Source: Candidatus Levyibacteriota bacterium (GTDB lineage: Bacteria; Patescibacteriota; Microgenomatia; Levybacterales; UBA12049). From it: a stretch of DNA of 64,000 bases. The notes beneath the pieces were generated by a model that saw nothing but the letters and a program-made list of their open reading frames with translations, was not told the origin of the DNA and ran no database searches. Below are positions 29,562-38,345 of this stretch, one piece after another; position 1 is the stretch's first letter, and the number at the start of each line of letters is the position of its first letter. The translations under genes and the position numbers were made by a program. Where the stretch lies: positions 118,719 through 182,718 of the forward strand of contig JBPOIT010000011.1 of the NCBI GenBank assembly GCA_052034235.1, read 5' to 3'.

Positions 29562-30404
29562 TTAGTTTGTGAGTGTGGGTTTGTGAAGTCTGTGGGCAAA
29601 TCTTTGGAGTTTACGTAGGGTGAGCCTCTTGAGTATTGGCATACGTGAAGATTGCGGCTTGGGGTCAACATTGCCGACATGCATAACTTTTGGAGCTTCC
29701 CCATCAAAAGAAACTGTATAAATCGGCAAATGTAGGGCTAACAGCTGCAGTGTCGTTTGGAGCTGCAAATCTGACTCAGTTTTCATATCTTCATACGTGA
29801 CACCTTCTACGTGCATTTCTTTTACCAATTTTTTAAGGAATTCATTATCACGGGTTTCATCATAAATAAAATACATTTGCGAAAGTTTTGGATTATCTGC
29901 TAGAACAGTATGTGAGGTACTTTGTATAATCAGCACTCCTTGTTCCTTATGCTCTCCTTCGAGTTTGAGCATGTGAACTCCCTTTGAAATTTCTTTTACG
30001 TTTCTTGCGTACGCAATTACTTTTTCAACGTCTTCACACTTCACGTCATAATCGTCACAAAACTTACGATTCGCAGCCTTTGCCATATGCCCACATCCGA
30101 TGAGCCCGATATGGGTTGTTGCATCGGGATCAGTATGATGATCTGTGTGCATACAAAAACCGCTGTCATCTTTGACAGCGTTATAAACAGCGTTGAAACA
30201 TTGTTCTGGTGTAAGTCCAAGGTTCTTCTTCCTATTAACCGCCATGAGGGCCATGACATAGCCACCGTCTCCACCGGGTCTGGCAATCATACCTGTTGCT
30301 TGTTCAGGTAAATATCTACCATCTACACATTTTCGTCCCTCTTTTGCGGGTACAACGCTTGCTTTGACGTATGCTTCAATATCCATAAAAATTAAGTATA
30401 CCAT
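29562..30404 (-). CDS. Hypothetical protein with conserved Cys/His/Asp clusters (possible metal-binding enzyme)
   Basis: Has KCVDGRY, RPGGDGG, HTDHHTD and LIGCGHM motifs with no family recognised. The true start is probably MDIEAY (30386). Confidence 0.4.
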   Translation of the reverse strand: MVYLIFMDIEAYVKASVVPAKEGRKCVDGRYLPEQATGMIARPGGDGGYVMALMAVNRKKNLGLTPEQCFNAVYNAVKDDSGFCMHTDHHTDPDATTHIGLIGCGHMAKAANRKFCDDYDVKCEDVEKVIAYARNVKEISKGVHMLKLEGEHKEQGVLIIQSTSHTVLADNPKLSQMYFIYDETRDNEFLKKLVKEMHVEGVTYEDMKTESDLQLQTTLQLLALHLPIYTVSFDGEAPKVMHVGNVDPKPQSSRMPILKRLTLRKLQRFAHRLHKPTLTN

Positions 30405-30453
30405 ACTCTAAAAAGTTGACAAGCAGTGCCTTTATTTGTTGTACTAGAAGTGT

Positions 30454-30621
30454 ATGCGTCAATTGAAGAAACTTTTTGGGTCAAAAACAGCAGTCTTAGG
30501 TTTCTTTGCGGTACTTACTTTACTTCTCGCCATTCCACTTATTGTCATGATGATGCAGGAAGAACAGGATCCACGACAATTTGCTGATGAAATTACAACC
30601 GAAAAGAATCAATCGAAATAG
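30454..30621 (+). CDS. Small (55-aa) putative membrane peptide, below the ORF-track size cutoff
   Basis: ATG at 30454 is preceded by TTGACA at 30408. The product is MRQLKKLFGSKTAVLGFFAVLTLLLAIPLIVMMMQEEQDPRQFADEITTEKNQSK. Confidence 0.25.
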   Translation: MRQLKKLFGSKTAVLGFFAVLTLLLAIPLIVMMMQEEQDPRQFADEITTEKNQSK

Positions 30622-30624
30622 TTA

Positions 30625-30912
30625 TTATACTTTCTTTTCGTCTCCTGAAGTTTTAGAAGATTCATGATGCCATGTTGTAGGCTCTCCCATCAAATATGTA
30701 ATAACAGTCAGGAGTGCTGTAAAAATAAAGAATCTTGGGAAAAAGCCGATAAATGTGTCACTAAAAGTTTTGCTCTCAGCGTTTATTTGCAGAAACGAGT
30801 GGATAAGTAAACCTGTGTAAACTGCGAGTACTGCCCAGCCTTGCCAAGAACTTGGTACCCAACCGACACTATTTTTTCCTCGTGCCTTAAACCAATATTT
30901 CAAAGCAGCCAT
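30625..30912 (-). CDS. Small hypothetical membrane protein
   Basis: Two predicted TM helices. The start is taken at MAALKYW. Confidence 0.35.
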   Translation of the reverse strand: MAALKYWFKARGKNSVGWVPSSWQGWAVLAVYTGLLIHSFLQINAESKTFSDTFIGFFPRFFIFTALLTVITYLMGEPTTWHHESSKTSGDEKKV

Positions 30913-30931
30913 ATAATTAGTATAGCATAAC

Positions 30932-31306
30932 TCAACGATAACTGATTTGCGTTGCAGTATCGACAATCTCTCCCTCAATTACTCCCTGTTTCACATGACG
31001 TTTAAGTATTTTGACATTTTTCAAATTGGCATGATTGAAAAAATCGACAGCATCCCCGATTACCGGCAAAAGACCAATTAAAAAGTTAATAACGACATTC
31101 GCAATCATTTCAGTAATGGCAGCTGTTGGGAGTTTCATTTTAACGCCAATCCAAACAATATAAAGTGAAACCGCAGCAACAATAAAATCTCCAGCACCCG
31201 GAATAAGTCCCAGAACTCCATTCAAACCAAATTTAACGCCCAAAATATTAAACTGATTGTCTAGAAGTCTTGCTAATCGTTCAGCTGCTTTAAGGTGATT
31301 TTCCAT
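30932..31306 (-). CDS. DUF4112-like small membrane protein
   Basis: …GLIPGAGDFIVAAVSLYIV… matches the DUF4112 core pattern. Confidence 0.45.
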   Translation of the reverse strand: MENHLKAAERLARLLDNQFNILGVKFGLNGVLGLIPGAGDFIVAAVSLYIVWIGVKMKLPTAAITEMIANVVINFLIGLLPVIGDAVDFFNHANLKNVKILKRHVKQGVIEGEIVDTATQISYR

Positions 31307-31352
31307 AGTGGTTAGTATAAACTACTTGCGTAAAAGCGGTGTAAGAAACTGC

Positions 31353-32183
31353 TTAGTCTTTAAAAATACCCTTTGATGAATCCAAAAATTCGTCATACAG
31401 TTTCATAAGCTGTTTTAGTGCTGCTGGGATTTCTGGAAACTCGAATTCGTCAATTTGTTTGATTGGGATCATTTTGGTGCTCGTACTGGTCAGAAATGCT
31501 CCGTCGTACTCGCCTATTTTGGTAAGTGGAATATCTTGCTCAACGAGTTTAAACCCATTTTTTAAAGCAACCGCAATGACTGTTTGACGGGTAACTCCTT
31601 CCAGCACTTCCTCAAGCGGCGGCGTGTATAACACATTTACTTTTAACGCAAAGAAATTCGTTCGTGTGCCTTCTATGATATTTCCTTCACGGTTTATAAG
31701 CAGCCCGTCATAACAGCCTGCGGATTTGGCTTTTTTATAGGCCATGTAGCTTGGAAACATATTTAGTGTCTTTGCATTAGGATATAAACGTTCATAGTGG
31801 ACAGTAAGAGTCTTTGCTCCGTCTGAATACAATTTGCGATCCGGAAAAAGTGGCGCGAGTGCCATAATAAATAACTGAGGCTCTTTTCCACCAATAAGTA
31901 GCATTTTGATGTTACAGGCATCAACTTCCAGTTTGGTTACTAATTCCTCAATATAGCGCTTTACATCTTCTTTTATAAATGGATGAGGCAGATCGATAAT
32001 GCGAGCCGACTGAAACAACCTTTCAACATGCTGATCCACAAAATATAAAACCCCATGCCTGACCTTGAGTGATTCATACACGCCAAAACCATAAGAATAC
32101 TCAATATTACTAAGAGGAATCACCGCCTGTTCAATAGGAAGAATCTGCCCATTCTTGGAGAAAAACAGAAATTGTGTGGACAT
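31353..32183 (-). CDS. Class IV (branched-chain/D-amino acid) aminotransferase
   Basis: 276 aa with a fold-type IV PLP-enzyme pattern (…EGTRTNFF…). Confidence 0.75.
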   Translation of the reverse strand: MSTQFLFFSKNGQILPIEQAVIPLSNIEYSYGFGVYESLKVRHGVLYFVDQHVERLFQSARIIDLPHPFIKEDVKRYIEELVTKLEVDACNIKMLLIGGKEPQLFIMALAPLFPDRKLYSDGAKTLTVHYERLYPNAKTLNMFPSYMAYKKAKSAGCYDGLLINREGNIIEGTRTNFFALKVNVLYTPPLEEVLEGVTRQTVIAVALKNGFKLVEQDIPLTKIGEYDGAFLTSTSTKMIPIKQIDEFEFPEIPAALKQLMKLYDEFLDSSKGIFKD

Positions 32184-32184
32184 G

Positions 32185-32257
32185 TGGGTGCTAATAGAAT
32201 CGAACTATTGACCTCTTTCTTATCAGGAAAGCGTTCTAGCCACTGAACTAAGCACCC
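32185..32257 (-). tRNA. tRNA-Ile (anticodon GAU)
   Basis: The reverse complement GGGTGCTTAGTTCAGTGGCTAGAACGCTTTCCTGATAAGAAAGAGGTCAATAGTTCGATTCTATTAGCACCCA folds as a cloverleaf. The anticodon loop is CTGATAA and the T-loop TTCGATT. Confidence 0.8.
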
Positions 32258-32265
32258 TTTTGAGT

Positions 32266-32285
32266 GAGTATCTATTATATCAAAT
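32266..32285 (-). promoter_or_regulatory. Extended -10 promoter (TGaTATAAT) for the tRNA-Ile/aminotransferase transcript
   Basis: Minus-strand TTTGATATAAT lies 16 nt upstream of the tRNA 5' end. Confidence 0.35.
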
Positions 32286-32495
32286 TTCTTCTTCTTTTTG
32301 TGCCTGAAAAACAGTTTGTGTTTTTTTCTTTGGAGCAAAGATATTTCCCATCTTTAAAGCTTGCTTTGATGATTTCCCTTGATCGAACTGGAGAGCTAAT
32401 TTTTTTTCACTGTAACCGTCGTCTGTATGCTCAGAAGCACCCTTCCCAAGCTCTCGTTCATTTTCCATTTGTATATTATACATTAACTGACTCAA
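32280..32495 (-). CDS. Small hypothetical protein
   Basis: Co-oriented with its neighbours and starts next to the 32492 ORF's stop codon. Plus-strand ORFs overlapping this region look less gene-like. Confidence 0.3.
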   Translation of the reverse strand: MSQLMYNIQMENERELGKGASEHTDDGYSEKKLALQFDQGKSSKQALKMGNIFAPKKKTQTVFQAQKEEEI

Positions 32496-32728
32496 TTTCT
32501 AAACCGTTTAGGACCCCAACGACGAAGGACTTGCCTAGCAGCTTCATTGGCTCTAACTCTCGCTGCATACACAAAAACATCGATAGCTCCTTCCCGCCCA
32601 TTCTCGTTATCAGGTTGCCGCCCTGTCTCCCATACTGCGCCAGCAGTTGCCGCGACAACCCCAGCGCCCCAAGCAAGCTCGTTTGCTCCTTTTCTTACTG
32701 TATGGTCTAGTGTCAGTGTTTCACTCAT
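32492..32728 (-). CDS. Small hypothetical protein (Ala/Gly-rich)
   Basis: Minus-strand ORF in a run with 32741..33292. Confidence 0.3.
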   Translation of the reverse strand: MSETLTLDHTVRKGANELAWGAGVVAATAGAVWETGRQPDNENGREGAIDVFVYAARVRANEAARQVLRRWGPKRFRN

Positions 32729-32740
32729 ATTTTATCTCCT

Positions 32741-33292
32741 TTAATGCCCTTCTGGCTTGGGTCTTACCCATCTTCCAGCGATATGAGCAGCACCGCCTAC
32801 GAGTGCTCCTCCTAGATCAAGTGTTATAAGGTTATAAAATCCATAAATGCCTCCACCCCAAAATAATGTTTCCCCCGGGATTCTTCGCCCCCACTGTTTA
32901 TCACCTTTTTCAAAAACGACAGTTTCACCATTTTTTGCTTCTGCAAGTTGTGCCTTTTCTAGACTATTATTTTTCGCTCTCTTTTCAACGATATGCGACC
33001 CAACTCCTTGTGCAGTATCAACGCCAGCTCCAACTGCGCCTGCACCGATAAGCACTGGATTCGCAGTCGCTACCCCTACGCCGGCAACTCCAAGCCAGAT
33101 AGGCGCAGTTATTATATTTACCTTCTTACTAAGTCCTGCCACTTTTTCCGTATTACTTTTTTGATCTTTATGTGGCATGACGAATTCGCCATGCTTTACC
33201 GATGGCCCTACAGATTTATCTCTATAATATTCCTGCATTGCTGCATTTTTAGTGATGATTTGTTTTAAAATTGGTCTTGTTTCTACAGGCAT
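32741..33292 (-). CDS. Gly/Ala-rich hypothetical membrane protein
   Basis: 183 aa with GVAGVGVATANPVLIGAGAVGAGV and GGALVGGAAHIAG segments. Confidence 0.45.
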   Translation of the reverse strand: MPVETRPILKQIITKNAAMQEYYRDKSVGPSVKHGEFVMPHKDQKSNTEKVAGLSKKVNIITAPIWLGVAGVGVATANPVLIGAGAVGAGVDTAQGVGSHIVEKRAKNNSLEKAQLAEAKNGETVVFEKGDKQWGRRIPGETLFWGGGIYGFYNLITLDLGGALVGGAAHIAGRWVRPKPEGH

Positions 33293-33385
33293 AGTTTTCT
33301 CTTTTCTATACCTATATTATATACCCGGAGGTCAAACTGAGCTTTATTGTAGCCTTACAAAAAGTTAACAAAATGAGGGTTTTTG

Positions 33386-33457
33386 AGGCGCGAACGGGGA
33401 TCGAACCCGTGCATGGAGGTTTTGCAGACCCCTGCGTTACCGCTTCGCCACCGCGCC
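33386..33457 (-). tRNA. tRNA-Cys (anticodon GCA)
   Basis: The reverse complement GGCGCGGTGGCGAAGCGGTAACGCAGGGGTCTGCAAAACCTCCATGCACGGGTTCGATCCCCGTTCGCGCCT has a 7-bp acceptor stem, a GGTTCGATCC T-arm and anticodon GCA. Confidence 0.8.
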
Positions 33458-33496
33458 ACAAAGACAATCTTACCACAGGCTAGCCTCACAGGCAAG

Positions 33497-34627
33497 CTAC
33501 TTGTGCTTTGAGTTTCCTTGTCCAATGAGCCACCAAAGTGTTATGAGAGAAACAATGCTTGCGGGATTAAAAGATAAAGCAGCAAGTAATCCCAACAAAA
33601 TAACGCTATTTCTCGTTTGCTTTTCAACGAGAAAAGCCTTAGCTGTTTTATAAAGCAGAAAAAGAAAAACAAAAAGTCCGACAATTCCTGCTTGAATAAA
33701 CCAGTCAAGAAAAATATTATGTGCACTATCGACATAATAACCGGTAAGTTTGTTTCCCAGCGAGATATTGGCTGTATGAAGTTCATATTCAGCATTTCCG
33801 AATCCAATCCCAAAAACAGGATGTGCAATTCCTGCAATTGCCGCCGCCTTCCAAATTTCTCCCCTATCTTCATATTCAGTTCTCGGACCAATAAATGGAG
33901 TGCTATAAGAAATAACAAGGAGAAGTAGTGAAACTATAAAGGCAATGACAGTCGATTTTCTGTTTGATTTGCCTTGTGACATACTTATTAACCACTGTAT
34001 GAAAAGAAAACTCAGCTGCACTCCTAAAGCAATAACGCCAGAACGTGAACCTGTTAAGAAGAGGATACTCAAAGCAATTATAAGGCTTATAGCTATTGCA
34101 ATTTTTAGACGAACTGTTTTCTTTTCTCCGAATAATAGCCAGGGCCAAAGGATAATAATAGTCGCAGCAAGCGCGTTTGGCTCCCCCAATGTTCCGACCG
34201 GCCTATCAGTCCCCATACCGATAAATAACACCGTACAAATAAACTGCACAAAAAATACAAAAATGAGCAAAAACGGTTTGTTTTTTTGTTCAATTGAAAT
34301 ACACGACGAGAGCGCTGCAAAAAGAAGTAACACCCATAAAAGGAATGTCCCCTGCTGCCGAAAAACATTTCCAAAAAAAAGCGTTTCTGTTTGATGAAAA
34401 AAGAGATGATAAAATGTGAGACCAATAAGTAAACCGGAACACCAGAGAAGCGTTCTGTTATATCTTTTGAAAGAGAATCCTTCTTTTGAAACTATTTGCA
34501 GAATAAACAATATAAAAATAAGTATTTCCCCGGCATACACCTTCGCTCCTTCAAAAAAGCTCATACCCGCCGGGAAATAAAAGAATTGAAGCAAAAAAAG
34601 AAGAAATAAGACAATGTACGCTTGCAC
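33497..34627 (-). CDS. O-antigen ligase/polymerase (Wzy_C) family polytopic membrane protein
   Basis: About ten hydrophobic helices plus a …LTGSRSGVIALG… loop motif typical of O-antigen ligases. Confidence 0.55.
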   Translation of the reverse strand: MQAYIVLFLLFLLQFFYFPAGMSFFEGAKVYAGEILIFILFILQIVSKEGFSFKRYNRTLLWCSGLLIGLTFYHLFFHQTETLFFGNVFRQQGTFLLWVLLLFAALSSCISIEQKNKPFLLIFVFFVQFICTVLFIGMGTDRPVGTLGEPNALAATIIILWPWLLFGEKKTVRLKIAIAISLIIALSILFLTGSRSGVIALGVQLSFLFIQWLISMSQGKSNRKSTVIAFIVSLLLLVISYSTPFIGPRTEYEDRGEIWKAAAIAGIAHPVFGIGFGNAEYELHTANISLGNKLTGYYVDSAHNIFLDWFIQAGIVGLFVFLFLLYKTAKAFLVEKQTRNSVILLGLLAALSFNPASIVSLITLWWLIGQGNSKHK

Positions 34628-35125
34628 TTAGAATTTAAATGTATGTCCTGTGAAGTTTACCTTTGTTTTTGTAGGTTTCTTTTCAGTTAATTGTACAAAA
34701 TGCAGCGGAGGCATATAGTGTTTGCCATTTCCGCCTGAAACAGTAACTCGATAGTGACCTTTGTCGTTTGTCGTAATGACATAATTCCCGTTACTGTCTG
34801 TTGTCGCGGTTGCGCTGCTTCCATTGAAAAGACCTTTCGCTTTAACTGTGACGCCAGACGCGGGCATCAATCTACTTGCTCCCCTCTTGAAAAGCCCCCA
34901 AACGTGATAGCTCACATTACCACTTATGGTGAAAAGCTTGGCAGGACTTGTGATTGGACCGGTCACCGGACCAGTTACAGGACTCGTTGTGGGTGTCATT
35001 GTAGGCTTTGGTGAGTGATGGAAGATGTTGAAGTTAGCGTAACTAACTTGTGCCGAAAAAACAAGCGTAAATGCAGCGACAAGACTTAGGGCAGTTAAAA
35101 TTTTTCGTCTCACTATATTTAACAT
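34628..35125 (-). CDS. Secreted protein with a carboxypeptidase-regulatory-like beta-sandwich domain
   Basis: Signal peptide, then …SGVTVKAKGLFNGSSATATTDSNGNYVITTNDKGHYRVTVSG…. Confidence 0.45.
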   Translation of the reverse strand: MLNIVRRKILTALSLVAAFTLVFSAQVSYANFNIFHHSPKPTMTPTTSPVTGPVTGPITSPAKLFTISGNVSYHVWGLFKRGASRLMPASGVTVKAKGLFNGSSATATTDSNGNYVITTNDKGHYRVTVSGGNGKHYMPPLHFVQLTEKKPTKTKVNFTGHTFKF

Positions 35126-35791
35126 TAGACGGCCTAGAATTGTTTGTCAACTGCAGACTATTTATAGACAATAAGGTGCAGAGAACCTATGTACGCAGTC
35201 ATAAACAATTGACACATTTTTATTGAACATGCCTGTTTCCACAAAAAAACCCACCTATAAAAGATGGGTCTAAAACGTAAATACACAATATACTTAAACT
35301 TCAACCAAGACGTGGTAGGAAGGCGAGAGTAGATTTGCTTATCTCTAAGTGTTCCTCGATCGACCAAAAGGCCAATTTTGGAAAGGTCCTGCTTGCGCAG
35401 GGTTGCGAGATATGCCAGGTGCTACTCACTCCACCTGTTGTCATACATTTTCCTAGCTAGTCCAGTTATTGCTAACTGTCTAACGTAGTTATATGTCTTC
35501 CCCCGTCCGTTCAACAAAAGGTAAGAAATTATTACTGTTCTCTATTCTCTGAGCGACTATGCGATACGAGAGGTAAATACCTCTGTGTCGACTTATAAAT
35601 CGGTTCACAGTTTTAAAACAAAAACGGTAATCCTTTCAAACTTTAATATGTTTAATTAGAAAGGAGGTGATCCATCCCCAGCTTCGGCTAGGGATACCTT
35701 GTTACGACTTAAGCTTCATCGCCAAGCTTGGACTCGTCCACCTTACGGTAGCCTTCATCCACTCCCGACTTTGCTGCCTTGACGGGCGGTG

Positions 35792-36587
35792 ATCGCAGTA
35801 AGAACTATTCTGCTCCCCACTGGACGTGCGGATTTCCCGCATCCAGCGAGTCTCTTATAAAAGCCTCTTTGAGAAGTTTTATCTTCTCAATGCCAGAAAT
35901 GGTTAAATGATGCTTTTGAAGCATGAGATTTGCTACGATACAAAATAGAGCAAAACTCTGCTTTTTCTTTGCTTGTAGAGGATATTTTGTAAAGAATGGA
36001 ATAATTTTTGTTGTAATATCTTTTAAGTTTGAGACCTTATATTTGTAATGCGGTCTCCACTTTTTATACCTCTCATATTTGAGATGGTAGATATTGCCAC
36101 AAGCAAACGATTCTTTAATCCTTTCTAAAATTTCCAAATCATCTTCTCGTAATTCTATTTCGAAGATGAGTCTTACTTCAAGCAAACGATTGTTTTTGTG
36201 TTTGTTAAAACTAACACTAAAACAACCTTCACCATCAACTAATCCAACAATATAATAAGGATTTAATTTTGAGTTCATCCCTTCCTCTAAAATCATTATA
36301 CATAATTCTAAAGTACTATGGAATCTGCTGACTTCCTATAGCCGATTATAGTTCTGATGCATATAGGATCTCCTTGGGTCACTTAAAAGACAATTTCAAA
36401 CATCCTAAGAAGCTTTTCTAGTCTCTTCCTCTTAGTACACGTAAGAGTCGAGAAGCTTTGTTTATCTTAGGCTGCTCTTCGTTTCATCGAACCCTTCAGA
36501 CTTTCCCTTACGGGAGAAGTCCTGTTCTTCAACTACAAGAATGGATTTTCACCATTTTGTCGGTTAAGCTGCCAAGCGCATTTAATT
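35792..36587 (-). mobile_element. Intron inserted in the 16S rRNA decoding-region helix (near E. coli position ~1395), probably group I
   Basis: The sequence between the TTGTACA and CACCGCCCGTC halves of the conserved 16S motif has no rRNA similarity and contains a homing-endonuclease ORF. Confidence 0.75.
35805..36296 (-). CDS. LAGLIDADG-family homing endonuclease encoded within the 16S intron
   Basis: 163 aa with an IVGLVDGEGCFSV motif (a single LAGLIDADG motif is visible). Confidence 0.8.
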   Translation of the reverse strand: MILEEGMNSKLNPYYIVGLVDGEGCFSVSFNKHKNNRLLEVRLIFEIELREDDLEILERIKESFACGNIYHLKYERYKKWRPHYKYKVSNLKDITTKIIPFFTKYPLQAKKKQSFALFCIVANLMLQKHHLTISGIEKIKLLKEAFIRDSLDAGNPHVQWGAE

Positions 36588-36885
36588 TGTACAAGACCCG
36601 AGAACGTATTCACAGCGGCCTACTGATCCGCGATTACTACTGATTCCTCCTTCATGCAGTCGGGTTGCAGACTGCTATCTGAACTGAGGCGAAATTTCTG
36701 AGATTTGCTTGCCGTCGCCGGCTTGCTGCTCTTTGTTCTTCGCCATTGTAGGGTGTGTGTAACCCAGGGCATAAGGGCCGTGCTGACTTGACGTCTTCCC
36801 CTCCTTCCTTCCCGATATGATCGGGACCGTCCGAAATGAATATGTAACATTTCGCGGGGGTTGCGCTCGTTTCCCCACTTAAGGG

Positions 36886-36929
<44 letters not shown>

Positions 36930-37038
36930 GTACCATCCTTACGGATCTACCAATGTTTCCAAAGGTATTAAACGGTATCATGTCAAGCCCTGGTAAGGTT
37001 TTTCGCTTTGTCTCGAATTAAACCACACGCTCCACCAG

Positions 37039-37070
<32 letters not shown>

Positions 37071-37870
37071 TAACCTTGCGGTCGTACTCCCCAGGCGGTT
37101 CGCTTAATGCGTTAGCTTGAACCTCTGCAGACAAGTCTGCAAAAGTTAGCGAACATCGTTTACGGCTAGGACTACACAGGTATCTAATCTGTTTCGCTAC
37201 CCTAGCTTTCGTGCCTCAGCGTCAGGAAAAACCCAGGAGCCTGCCTTCGCCCTTGGTGTTCCAGTTAATATCAACGCATTTCACTGCTACACTAACTGTT
37301 CCAGCTCCCCGATCAATCCTCAATTCCGTGAGTATCACCACCAGTCCCAAGGTTAAGCCTTGGTCTTTAAGTAATGACTTTACGGAACGCCTACGCACAC
37401 TTTACGCCCAATGAATCCGGATAACGCTTGCCTCCTACGTATTACCGAGACTTCTGGCACGTAGTTAGTAGAGGCTTATTCTCCAAGCTGTGAAAGGCTT
37501 GGCAAAAGGAGTTTACAACCCGAAGGCCTTCATCCTCCACGCGGCGTCGCTGCGTCAGACTTTCGTCCATTGCGCAATATTCCTGGTTGCTGCCATCCGT
37601 AGATGTATTGCCCGTGTCTAAGTGCAATTGTGGCTGATCGACCTCTCAGTCCAGCTACCCGTCATCGCCTTGGTAAGCCTTTACCTTACCAACTAGCTGA
37701 TGGGACGCAGGCTCCTCTCTCGGCGGACCGTTAAGTCCTTTACCCTTGCGGGACTATAGTGAATTACCCGACCTTTCGGCCGGCTATGCACTACCCAGAG
37801 GTAGATTCCTACGCGTTACTCACCCGTCTGCCACTTGAATATTACTATTCCCGTTCGACTTGCATGCCTA

Positions 37871-37913
<43 letters not shown>

Positions 37914-38100
37914 AAAAAAAATTTGGGTTTCAGATTTCTTTATTTGTATAAGGAATAATCTGAAAAAAATTCCTACCACATCTTGATTGTCAAACGCATG
38001 ATTATCCAAATCACACGCTTGAACTGTTGCGTGAATAAGTGTGTTGTGTATTTCGTTTTTAAAGAGCAATAGTATTTATTGTAGAGCGTTTTGAGATAAA

Positions 38101-38128
38101 AAAACCCCGCCGCAGGCGAGGTATAATC
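38101..38128 (-). terminator. Intrinsic-terminator-like hairpin on the minus strand ~185 nt upstream of the 16S 5' end
   Basis: Minus-strand CCUCGCC-UGC-GGCGGGG followed by UUUUUUUAUCUC. Confidence 0.35.
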
Positions 38129-38345
38129 TCGTATATTCCTTGGCTTAGGCTCTACATACTGTCTATCCATTATAATGATTTTCAGCCTGGTGTCAAGCCC
38201 GATTAATTGTCGTATAAGCAAGTCATAGAATGATAAGTGAAGAAACATTCTGGGAGACCAAATTAATCTTTAGGAAGAATGCTATAAAGCTGCGACATAA
38301 TTGACAAGCTGTTGATTTTTAACTACGCTTAAATTGACCCTATAT

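Noticed and set aside
32264-33268. Plus-strand ORFs (148, 65, 60, 105, 61, 91 aa) overlapping the 32280..33292 region
   Set aside because: They overlap each other and the minus-strand ORFs. The minus-strand set is non-overlapping, co-oriented with flanking genes and begins next to stop codons, although even those are low confidence.
35158-35367. 69-aa minus-strand ORF
   Set aside because: It lies within the structured non-coding region next to the 16S and has no start context. It is probably not coding.
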